Shown here piece after piece: positions 1 to 13,000 of a stretch of 64,000 nt of DNA. The notes under the pieces are model-generated. The model was not told the DNA's origin. It did no database searches and saw only the letters and a list, made by a program, of their open reading frames with translations. Numbering within the stretch: position 1 is the first letter of the stretch; each line of letters begins with the position of its first letter. The stretch spans positions 62,001 through 126,000 of the forward strand of contig JAQGDQ010000218.1 in assembly GCA_030141605.1 (NCBI GenBank), in the 5' to 3' direction. Position numbers and translations under genes: made by a program. The DNA is from Tubiluchus corallicola. Its lineage: Eukaryota > Animalia > Priapulida.

Positions 1-842
1 TTAAACCAGTTAGCTGTGTGCTGCACAGCATTTCTACTTTCAAATGTGTATTATGTGAATACCTTTTTTAATGAATTGGAGTAAGTTTAAATTGCAAAAA
101 CAGTGACAATGTAAACTTGGAAAGTAGATTTTAGATTTTAGAATTTAAAACAAAAGATTAAAGATTAAAGTACTATTAAATGATCATGATTGATAAAATT
201 TATTGAAATCAGAGATCAGAAACACTGGAAAAAATTAAAGCCTAAACGAACCTAAATCTGTTGTTCTTGCCAGAAGGAGCCAAGGTTATTCTACGTAATT
301 TATAAACATCAAATTAAAACTATTAAGAGTCATAAAAACATTATAATTTTTTTATGTCCAATTTTACAAAGCTTGCATCTTAGATAATGTTTTTTTCTTG
401 ATTTTTGTGATCAGGATGTTTAATTTTTGTTGTTACATTATTACTGCATTTGTTGTAAAAAATTCTTGTACTATATTTGACATGTTCGCCATTACGCATT
501 CATAAAGGTGATTTTACTGTATTAACCACAAAGCACAATAACGATTGTCGTTGTTTTATTACTTGTAGTTGTTACAATATTTGTATGAGGTAACAAACAC
601 AATCGAAAGGCAATCTGTGTCCCACAGTCACACAAAACCAGCTTACTGCAATTTTTCAAATTGTTTCATTTATATTTCATGCACCATTGCTGAAATCTGT
701 GTGGTTTGCTACTAATTTCGATAATGCATTTTGCAGAATTTCTTATAACACTGTGCCAATTTGTTAAATAGCTCAAGCGAAACAATACAGAAAGTGATAA
801 TTAATTCGTCTTTTGACAGGAAATTATTGATTTGTTTTCCAG

Positions 843-1012
843 CCGAAACAGCTCGCTTGCAGAAGGACTTGGACAATGAAGGAGAGAAAGCAAAGCGAAC
901 ACGCGAAGTTTTGGAGGCTCAGTTATCTGAAAATGAGCAAGATCTACAAGGCAAACTCATGCAGACAAAAGCTACTCATGAGGAAGAAGTGGCTTTACTT
1001 ATGCAGCAACTG
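843..1012 (+). CDS. CROCC: Rootletin exon (ETARLQKD...MQQL)
   Basis: ttttccag acceptor, gtaggg donor, coiled-coil frame. Confidence 0.85.
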
Positions 1013-4000
1013 GTAGGGTGTAGTATTAGTAGTTTCTTCTAGCATTGAACTACTTTTTTAGCACTCTTATAGTACTACTTTTTAAGATTTTAATGGCTGA
1101 ACATGAACATTATCTGTGACTTCTATTCATATATATTATTCATAAGAAATAAGTGGTAATATAAGACATGCATTTCGATATTGAAAAATTCTTAATTTTG
1201 TGTATGAATCTATTTGAAAGAATGAAACTAACTTTATCTGTGTGAATCTAACTGTACAAATGCCAGGTTCATCTTTAAAAAATGTTCGCAAAGGGATGTC
1301 TAGTTTGTAATGTCATTACCTTATGTACTACCTGTGTTTGCTAAATGTTCACAAAACAAATGTAAGATTATTATTGCTGGCACCTTTGTGCTCTACTTTA
1401 AAATTTGAATTTTGAACAGTGATTAACTTATTGTGGAGAACTGCTCTTCCACTTTTTAAAAGCATTTGTGTTTTTGAATTTAGGAGAATCTCCGAGAAGA
1501 GATGAGATCATCTAATGAAGCACTTGTCCAACAGATGGCAACAGAACGGGAAGAGTTGACTGCCGTTCACAACAAGGAGATACAAGAACTGAATGGGGAA
1601 ATGTCATCTTTGATCCGTGATCGTGATGATGCTTTAATGTTGGCTGAATCAGAAAAACAAGAGGTAACATTCTTCCTACTGCACCTAAATTTTTTAATCA
1701 ACAATTTTTTACTCTATACACTTTAGAAAATGTAGATCTGGATTAAGATTAAACTATCTCTAGTCTAGCTATTCAGGCCAAGTTTTATCCAAATTCGCTC
1801 TAATCTTGGTTGTTCCTCTATGGCTGCATTGTTATTAAACTGTCTTTGATTGGTATTACCTGTTGTTTGACCGTTTTGTACTGTTATTTTAGGCAATATC
1901 TTTAGTTGAAGAAGAAAAGCAGGCAATGACTGACAAATACCACAAAACTCTTACAGAGCTGGATGCTCTGAAGACAGAAAATGAGAAATTCCGTCGTGAC
2001 AGCAACAACAAAGCAGATCAGGACAAAGCAACAATCTTATCTCTAGAGACTGATAAAGCTGCGCTAGAAAATACTATTGATGATCTAAGGTAAATAAAAA
2101 TTGGTGAAATGGTAGATGTTGTAGACCTTGAGCCATTTGTAATTTGCAATATGGGCTAGTTCAGTTCTGCTCTTTTTCTGTAGTTGCTTCTTTTACTGTG
2201 CATTTAAACCATGGCTCTCAATAACCATGATATTGTACCAAAATTGTATACATTGTTTTTATCATTTAATAATTATCTCAATTTTTCTTGTGCAGTATAG
2301 TAATATGATATAGCAAAAGATTTTAACTGCTATCTAATTTTTGTTCTATGATTTGCATCAAAACTGTGTTATATAATAAATAGTCGTTATACTGTAATAG
2401 CTTTTTTGAACAAGTTTCATGATGAACTGCTATCATCAGGGACATTGTTAAATTACAAAACAACTGGTGAAGGAAATATCTTGAACACTTGAACACACCA
2501 CATAGATGATTAAAATTTCAAAACCAAATTGTAACATTTACTGTAAAAAATATTTTGCAACAGTGAAAGCTTCTTTGCTGTTGTCGAACAGTGACATATG
2601 CAATGTTTTATAGCCTGTATCAAAAAACAACAATTCTTCATCTACTTTCTGACATTTCTGTTTACTTGTGATGGTGTTGTTATCACCTATTCTGTTTGCA
2701 TAGGTCCTCACATGAGAAAGCTACTAAGGAATTGAACAATAAACTGAAGGAACTAAATGGACAGAAGCTGGCTTTGGAAGAAAACGTAGCAGATCTTTCA
2801 CGCAAGGTTGCTGCCCTGGAAGATACTCGTGAACATCTGAAGCAAGAAATAGGTGATCTTCAGCGAGCTATGAAGGACGGTATGTCTTTGCTTAACATCA
2901 TGCATAATTTAGTCATGATTTTGCGAGAAAAGTACTCACAGGCAGCTATGTAGCTTGCTGATTCAACAATATTGCACTTGTTAGCGAGATTAAAATTAAC
3001 AGTACTTTTCCATCAAAGTTATGCTCTTAATTTGATTGATTTTATTTCTTTTGTTAAGGTGTGGAACAGCGAGATCAGCTTCGTAAAGAAAATGCTGAGC
3101 ACAAACGACAGTGGACAGAGGAGTTGCACGGTAAAGAAGCCGTGCAAAAAACTAATGAGGAATTGAAGGCAAAGATAAAAAAGAGTGAAGGTGATAAGAA
3201 TGAACTTCGCCGTAAACTGGACGACAACAAACAAAACTTCGCAGGTAAGTATTAGTTATTTACAATATGACTTTTATTTCATTCTGAATTTAAGCAGCAA
3301 CAGTAATCCTTAAATATTTCTGTTTACCTTAGTATAGTTTAATGTTAGTTTTATTAATTAGGTTTCGTGTGACTATATGATAGTATTAAACACTGATTTT
3401 TATAAGGATTAATTAAACATTAGCTGTTACAATACTTCTTGACTTCTAGTCATGGAAGAAAAGAAAGGTTTACTAGAGAAGGAGGCAAGTGAATTGAAGG
3501 ATATGTTGAGAGAAGTGGAGAAATCCAGACTGGAATCTCGTCGTGATCTCTCTGATTTGCGAAGACAGGTATGAGCTTTCACAATTTTTTTTCTAATGTT
3601 TTACCTTTAGGTAGTTGATACTCAATAATTTACATCACTGTTAATGTATATGACAAAAAATAAAATTGCACTACTACGGTTGCATTGATACTTTACTCAC
3701 ATTGTTTAGCAATGCGGCTCACTAAATGCAAAGAGCAAACAATAATAAGAATCTAATTATGCATCGCTTTGCTGCTTATCAGCCTTTGCTATTTAGTGCT
3801 ACACATGTCATTACAAACAATTTTTTGTATCAGATCATTATATCATATCAAATCAAAATATTTGTATCAAATCATGCTATTCATTTTATTAGGCAAAAAC
3901 ATTGGAAGAAGATAAACAGAAATTTAAGAAAGATGCAGAGGATCTGAGCTTACGTTGTCACAAGACGGAGGAAAGAGAGGAGGAGCTGAGAAAAGAGGTC

Positions 4001-7000
4001 TTTGCCACTAAGCAACGGGTGTGTTTTGTATCTGGCAGGCTCTAGTTACTTTGCTCATTTATGCTTGTTTTATTAAATTTTTTTATTACTTATTACAAAT
4101 CTCAGAATCAGCTACCACACAGTAGAAAAAACTATTATTTTGTTCTTTGAAATTTCCAATTATTAGTGACAACATAAATTTTTGTTAGTTTAGTACATTT
4201 TTAAATTTTCGTATAAAATTTTCAAGTTTTGAGTATTGTAATTTGAGTTAATGCAGACATCTTAATCCATATGTGTTTATGATATTTTTATGGTATTTAA
4301 TTATAAGTACAATATTACGTATTGTAGATTATTACAGTATTTGGTATGATATCAGGCAAGAATTTTAAATATTATATTTATTGTAAACAATGTTCTGTAA
4401 ACAATTTTGCACCATTTTTTCACTAAGCTTCTTTCTATTTTTCATTATTTTAGTATAAAGATAATATTTACTTCGATAGTGATGAGAAATCTACATACAG
4501 TGTGTGACAAAAATGTCTGCGTTTTAAGTTCCAAATAAACCTTCTTGGTTTTGTTTAGTTACTTGAAGCTGAAGCATCACGAGACACAATGCGTAAAGAA
4601 TTAGCTAACATGCAGCGTCGCTTCGGCGAATTAGAGGATGAGTGGAGATTAAAACATAAAGATCTGACCATTCAGCTGGAAGAGAGCCGTGATAATGAAG
4701 CAAAAGCTGAAGCATCAAGACATAATATGGAGCTGCAGTTTGACTCAGCCAACACAGATCTTGCTGACTTAAAGATCAAACTTAGTGCAAGTGAAGGCCG
4801 TGTGATGGCATTAGAACAGCATCTAGCCAGAGTAAGTTATAAGTTAGAGCTTTCACTTACAAAATCTGTTCTCTTTTATGTTAAGAAATATTATGTGTTT
4901 ATGTGCAACACTTTTATTGGATGAATTTTCTTGGGTTTAAATCAGTATGATCTGACAAATATTTTTCTTTATTGGAGCATCCAATCTTATCACATATTGG
5001 CATCTATACGTGCAACAGTTAGTTAGATAATCGGTATTTTCATTGTAATTAAGATAAATTTTTATTTTATTGGATAGTCCATAAAAAGTTTGCTCGATTC
5101 GGCTTTTAAAAATTTAAATCGATTTGGGATGGCACATCAGCAAAGGATTTGGGTGTATAACTGATACGAGTTTTTAAATGCTACATTTCTAATATAGTAG
5201 TAAAATTTGAAGTACATACAAAGTTATGATGGGGAATATGAATTTTGGATTTATGCCAAAATGTACCTAATAAGTAGTGACTGTGATTTACTCTCATTTG
5301 ACGTAGTAATTCCTTCGTGAAGCAGTAATTCCTTCATGAAGAGATGCACTTCTAAACCTCAGCTAAGATGATAGTATCTTATACTCCAAGTTCGTTTTAC
5401 ATAACTAGCACAAATTGTGTGCACCCGATCGCATCTCTCTCAAGGAGTCATGTGTACCGCTGGTTGTTGTCTGGCTTAAATGGTCTTTGGAACAGTTGAT
5501 TGGGGTGGGTTGTAGGAAGAGTATCTGATTAGCTAACATAATGTAATGGAGCTAGAATAGACATTGGTTTAAAATAAATTAATTTAGCTTATCTTGATAA
5601 TTTTTTTTAACTTGAAAAGCAGGATTCTGCATTTAACCTTGCAAATTCAAGTAGATTGCTTGAATTGTTGGGATATTCACATATATATATATATATATAT
5701 ATATAGTAAGCAACTCTGAAAAGACAGGGCCGTTATTATTAGTTATGACGATACATGCACAACTGCTTCACGTAAATTTGTTAGGTAATTTTGATTGTAA
5801 GGTTACTAGGTAATGGTATTTCTTGTGAAAACAAAATGAGTGTGACCGATTATCAACATAAAGTACTATGTATAGATGACCATTAGCATGTTACCATAGT
5901 CATATCTGATCAAAAATTGTTTATCTAGTGTTGTGTCTAGTTGTGGCACTTGTATTTAATTTATCAATGTGAACAAAACAAAACTGTGTCTTTAACAACT
6001 TTGCAACCTTTTTAGAGTCATTTTAAAAATGGGACTGAAGTTGTTTTTTACATTCCAAAGCTTTAGACATATGTATGCCTTTTTTTCATGTAAAAATGGA
6101 GCTGACTATCACTGATTGATTATGGTACATGATCACAGTCGTTTTTGGCTATATGTGTTTCTTTAAGATATTGTTTGGAAAAATTTTTCATATGAAAATA
6201 AGAACACATCTAATACAATGCTTTTTCATTTCTGAACGAATATTGTTTTGCTGTGTTCACATTAGTCGGTCAGGTCTGCTATTTTTTATTTATTCTTAGA
6301 AATTTTATAAAGCATGCTTTAATAACTGGAGACCATTTTGACTGTGTTTCCAGATTCTATCAGAATTTTATGTAGTGTTATATTGCATTTCTGTTAGCGA
6401 AGCAATTCATGTTCGCAGCCATGTAGGAGCAAAATGTATTGTTTTCTGACAAAATTAAGGGATAGAGTTTCAAAAGAACAATTTTTACATGAATTATATG
6501 CTACTGAGGATTAAAGTAACAATTGTTTATGTATCATAAACTAAAAAATATAACAAGACCTCTACAAGTTTTGTGATTTATTGGTCCTAGCCGTTGCTGC
6601 ACTTTAAAGTTACATAAATGGATAAAGTAGCCTTTCGCTGTTAATCAGCCTATAATTTGTGCTAAAATGTGAAGGTGGAAGGAGCTAAGAAAGACGTTGA
6701 ACACAAGTTGAGTAACATCAACTCTGCCCTTCGGCGAACCATTGGCTTCCGTAGTGAGAGTCCATTTACTGGAAGAGGAGCTAGCCCCAGCCCAGCAAGA
6801 GCGCGACCAAAATCTCCGACCAAAGGTAAGTGCTTCCAGAGCTTTACTTCTTTCTTCGGGAATTTTCATAATTTGTACTTTCTGCAATTTTTTTCCCTGA
6901 AACTGATCTTCATGTTGAAAGTCATGAAACTCTTGAAACCCAGCTTTATAGAATGCTGGAGTAATTATGCAGCTTTATGTTTTATAAAATAATTGTATTT

Positions 7001-10000
7001 TAGCGTATTGCTTCTTTCATGCATGAATTTCTGACTTCGAATCTGATATTTGCAGAAACCGAAAGTTGATGCAGAAGAAACAGGTTACAGAAGTGCATTA
7101 ATTACTGTGCAGATTTTAGTATTGTACTAAGAAATTTACACCATTAGCGCATTAAATACCTAAATAAGTGCTAAGTGCACGTTAAATACAAATAACGGAT
7201 TAGCAGTTTTTTAACTGATTTCAACATGTTGAGCACATAAAGATAGAACTTTTTAGAGCATTTACCTGGAGTGTGTGTGACGGAATATTGTTGATCCAGT
7301 AAGAATGTGGGATTTCTGCTTTTCATTATTTTTTCATTATTTTTATTAATTTTTCAAATTAATAGTTTAACAAGGAACTGCTACCTGTTTTGTACATTTC
7401 GAACCTATTGTCACTGGATCAATCTCATATGTCTTTGCTATACATTTCAGATTTATGTGGGTTCTTTAGGTTCATTGCCATATGCAAATTATAGAACTCT
7501 TTAGTGTTGTGTGAGCATTATTAAATACTTTTTGACAATGTGAATTCAAAAAAATGAGCATCACTATATCAAGACATTGTTTGTGATGAATTATTTAATA
7601 ACCTATCTGTTCTGCACATATGAAAGTACTTGAAAAAGAGGAACCATCTGACTTTTTTAGGTTATGACAACATTTATGCAACCACTACTGAAGGAGGAGG
7701 AAGTCGAATTCCCACCACAGGAGCTCCAGAGAGATCTCTCAGTCCTGAACGCAAAACCCCACAAGATGAGGACCTTCCACCAATACCCCCATCTCCGCTG
7801 CGCCGTCGATCCATGGCTGACTTGTCTTACCCAGACATGGACGTTGATCCGGAGATGGTTAGACTGAGCTTAAAGGAATTCATGAACACCCTGGTCTCTA
7901 CTGAGAAAGAACGTGTATGTTGATTTAGTATCATATAGATTTTATTATCATGCAACGACATCTTTTTAATAGTACCAAACAAAAAGGATTTATTGTGAGG
8001 TAGAAACCAAATGTTAATCATTTTAGTTCAAACTGTAGATTGTTGTGGTAATATCACACTTATTTATGCAACAATATAAAATCAGCTTATTAAGCCCAGA
8101 ACACGTTTTTCAACAGCACACTTCATGCTTCACGAATATGTCTATATGACCATTTTTAGTTTTTATGCTATTTGTCCACCATTTTGAGTGTGTTAGGTGC
8201 CTAATATTTGTGTCCATTTTTATGTTATCTCATAGAAAGCTTATTTTTTCAAATGGAATAGACTAGGAAAAATAAGAAGCAAAAAAACATATTTTTGGTG
8301 TTTTAATGGCAGGTTTTTGCAAAAATAACAAAAACTTGGGATATTGAGAACTTGACCGTGCTATGGGTAAATTATACTAGGCATAATTAGAAAACTCATT
8401 TTGCAGAGGGTGCTATAAGCGTAGTTTCATTTTCTGTGAAAAATTCTTGTGTGGTGCTTGAGTCTTTCATCTACCGCATTGAAAAATTTTGCTATGCGTG
8501 AAATGAGTGAGATTGTTTTTTAAGCTAACATCTGTTAGTTCTTTCTGAGGTCATTATAGAGATCGGATGATGAAGAATAAACCAGTGTGATCACTGTTAG
8601 TGCTTTTTTGCTTTTTTATTACACTGAATAAAGAAAGCGATTCTCTAAATTCATAGACCTCATAGTATGGAACATATTTTAGCAAGTTGTTAAACAGTAA
8701 AGTTAAAATATTGTTATACAGAATTTGCCCTATAAGTGTGATTTTCATGTAAAAACAGGAAGATGCAAAAGGTGAAGCTAGTGCTCTGCGACGACAGCTG
8801 AACGAAATGACAGAGGAAAGAAACAAAATTGAAAACAGGCTGATCACTTTGCAGAAATCTCTTGGAGAAGTGGAGCAAGGTATGATATGTTGTACTCTGT
8901 TTTATAAAGTTCGTAGTATCTCTTTGACCACCTTTCTTTCATTACCATTTGCCAAGAAAATGGAAGAGAAAGTTAAGGATACATGCAAACCCTTCAATGA
9001 TTACACGTCTACATTTGATAGGCTGTAGAAAATTGTGACATGTCTGCAGTTGAAATGGCTCTTCATGCTTTAAAAATGCAGAACTACACAGTAGACTGAT
9101 AATATTCTCCTTCAAAGGTATATACTTGACCTAACTATTTATGCAATTTAAAGTACCGTATTTTCCCGTGTATAAGAGACCCTTTTTTGCTCAGAATTTT
9201 CACTTTAAAAATAGGGGGTCTCTTATACATGGGAGTAAGTCCAGAATGGAATGGTGTAAAGCCAGAGGTCATTATTAAATCTTTCAAGAAGTGTGGCATC
9301 TCCAATGCCATGGACGGCACAGAGGACAATGCCATTTTTGAGCAGAGTGACTCCTCTGATGATGAACTGGCTGGAATTGCTGAAGGTCTGACTCCAGTTG
9401 ATATTTTTGATGAGAGTGATGAGGAATTTAATGATTTCTATGATGAATAAAGTTATTCATTACCAAAAAACTTTTTTCCAGAATTTTTGCCTAAAAATTG
9501 AAGGGGTCTCTTATACACAAGGGTCTCTTATACATGGGAAAATACGGTAGTTTAACCTATGGATATAACACACGGCTGTCAAAACTGCTTAAATATTCAT
9601 AGTCAGAAAGGACATGATCAAATAAGTTTTGTCGTTAAGAACTTTGTTAATTTTCCCAGATAAACGAGGTGTTGATGGTCGTCTAGTAAAAGCTCAAACT
9701 GCTCTACAACTACAAGAAGAAACGATACGCCGTGGTGAGCGCGATCGCAAGGCACTTGCTGACAAACTCAACAATGCTGAACGCAATTTCTCTTCTGCAG
9801 AGGCAGAGAAAAAACAGCTGACTGAGAAGGTAAGAAGCTTAGTCAAACTGCCAAAGGCATTTGTTCTAAGCTGTCATGTCGGCAACACACGTTTGCACGC
9901 TTAGCTCAGCTCATGTTTATATTTGCATTTATGTTGAGGTAGAACCTTTTCGTTGCACTATAGCTTTTCACAAACAACACATACCAAGCGCATGGTCCTA

Positions 10001-13000
10001 CTTAATGCATTTATTGTTTATATTATAATTGTTTTTTCCATGTGGCTGTTTTCCAAGTTTGCCATGTTATTATAATTATGAAAGAAATAAATGTCACTGT
10101 TTATATTACAGTTGGGTAAAACTAAACTACAAGTTGAGAAAGCAGAACAGGAGAAAAAGCAACTTCGCGAAAACCTGGATGTCTCAGAAACTCACTGCAC
10201 CAAGCTAGAGCTGGCCAAGCGTGGTTTGGAAGGTGATATACAGCGGCTGAAACTTAAAATGAACGACCTAGAAACTGACAAGCAGGTATTGAATGTATTC
10301 TTATTCTATTTCTATTATTCATACAAACATGGCTAAGACCATTCATTCTCTACCAAAACAGAATTTATCTTAAAAGACAGGTGATCCTATCACAACCACC
10401 AACGTATTAAATAGGCCTTGCCATTATGTCGATATCGACGCAGTGTGTGGAACCATATAAAAATTTTAGAACTGTTTTGTTAAACTATGTAATAGGCTTT
10501 AGTTGAATCAAATACTGGAATACATTTCTTTTTATGAACACAACAATTTAAATGTTGTCTTCTAGCACAGGTGCAACACAGAGCAACTTTCCTGTTTTTT
10601 AGGTGCTTCAAGGTCGCGTGGAAAGTCTTCTCAAGCAGGTAGCTGATGGAGAGGACAAAGTGGCTTCTTTGCAGCTCACTATAGACAGACTAACGGTTGC
10701 ACTTGCTCGCACAGAACAAGGAGAAAGTCAGCTGAAAGATAAGGCAAATACTACCTATTGGCTATTAATGCAATAATAAAGAGATGGTTCATTGTGCATA
10801 GATTAAATTAGGAGAGTATAATATGAATGTTAAGTTATTTTGTTTAAAAAGTGGTGGTTTATAAGTCATAGCAGCACATTTTTACCAAGTTATATACATT
10901 TGTATTCTGTTTTCTCAAAAGTATTTATTAAAAAGGAAATGATATGTAATAGGCTAAAAATTTATATATGTGGAGACAGTTGAATAGTACCTGTTTTGTA
11001 AGTTTGTACAAGTAATATTTACCACACTATAGTGAGTTTCAAATAATGAAAAATGGGCCCTATAAAATGTGAACATCAAATAACTTTTCTAGTATTAACT
11101 TTGGTTTAACATTTTGTTCACGTTTGCAGCTTAATGAATTGAATATCTCTCTGTCGGACACCAGCGCCACTTCACAGACTATGCAAGAAAGAGTGCTGCA
11201 ACTGCAGCGTAGTCTCAGCTCCAGTGAGCATGATCGCCGTGTGCTGCAGGAAAAATTGGACAGTGCAAAGTAAGTTGGTAAATTGCACTCGGTCATTTTA
11301 GGTTTTATCATAATTGTTTTGCGAAGGCTTATTAGAATTGCCTTCTTAAAGCAGTTTTGTACTTGTTAATAGTAATGCACTAGATGTGTTGAATTGGCGG
11401 ATTAAGTTATATGTAAGACTGATCCTCAGTAGGATGGTTACAGTTGTGATTTGGTAGCACATTTATCACTTTTTAACATTTATTACAAGCACAATACTCA
11501 TTCACAAATCTGCATGTATTTTTATAAATTATTTATTGTATTGTTTATTATTTCTAAATAAACTATGTTTTCTTAAGAGCTATCGTGTGTTTTGCAGGCA
11601 ATCGCTGGCAGAATTCAAGAGGGATAATAAGTCACTGAATGATCGTTTGCAGCAACTGCAATCTGACCTTAGTGACAGTGAAATGAGACGAATGGAACTG
11701 GAGGCTCAAACTCGTTCTTCACAAACAGTAATACAAACAAATTATTTAAATTTGTACAGCAAACTTCTTATGTTTTTATCACTGTCTGACTACTGTTTAT
11801 TACTGTAATATTACTGATGATCATTACGTCATTGTCTTAGTGTTTTTATGTATATCATTGTCTGTTTTGCCGAATTTTATGACTATGTTGTTTTATTAGC
11901 CACTAAAATTTTATGATATTGTACATTGTCTGTCCTCGTACCCACCTAACCCTCTCCATTTCTACAAAATCATATTGCAAACACTATATGATTATTCACT
12001 GACTTTTCTCACATGCTAAAGTCAGAAAAGGTGGTAGTTTTTGTTATACATTAATATACTTTAATGCTTGTGTTTTGAATTCATTGTTACATATCACCTG
12101 GCAAGAAACGCAAGCATTTGGCTTTGTAAAATAAAAGGACATAAAGCTGAGCATTTGAATCACAACAATTAGGCTTTAGCTTAATAGTGTCTATAAAAGG
12201 AGTTAAAGAATTTGGCTCCAAATACTGACTTCTAAAATATAGTTTTCGTGAAGTAATAGCCATTAGAAGGTGTGGCATGTTTTAAGGAGTGGAAAGTTTA
12301 AGGAGTGATTAAATTTAAGGGATTTGACAAAGATGATGTTTGGTGTTTGGTGTTTGTTGCATTTTACCACTAACCTGTCAAAATGCTTTTGATAAAATTG
12401 TTTAGTCTTTATACTTTACACATAGTAAAAAATAATGGTGTACTGGTTTCAAATTGAAAGTTGTCAGTTTAAAGGGCGTCCACGGCAATCAAATCTTTCT
12501 GCTTTTTTTTGCAGCTGTTGGTTCAGCGTCAAGAAACAGAACAGGAAACCAATCAGCACATTCAGAAATTGCAGTCCGAGCGTTCTAATCTCCGTGAGCG
12601 GGTGTCAGTTCTACAGCAACGCATAGCCGAGCTTGAAAACAAGAGAGCCGAAATGGAAAGATCACAAAATAGACTGGAGAAAGACAGACATGCCCTGCAG
12701 AAAACTCTAACAAAGGCATATATTATTATATGAAGAACAGTAGTATCTATAACGTGATAGTTGTTATGTGGATTACTGTTGAGTAACATTGCCCATGAAC
12801 AGAGCCATGCTCTTTAATTTTTTCCATCATGAGCGTGATAAGCATGAATGAAATTATTTAATACCTTTTTCTGCATTTTTTCTACATGTTGTTTTTGCTG
12901 TTGGCTCCCATAGCCAGAATTAATCATCTGTTTAATTTATCTTACATTGTTTTAGTGCTTTCAACTTCAGTTGCACATCACAAAGTAGTTTTTCGCTAGA

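Noticed and set aside
7056-7083. Possible rootletin microexon (tttgcag...gttaca)
   Set aside because: 28 nt, out of phase and with an in-frame stop; the flanking exons join correctly without it
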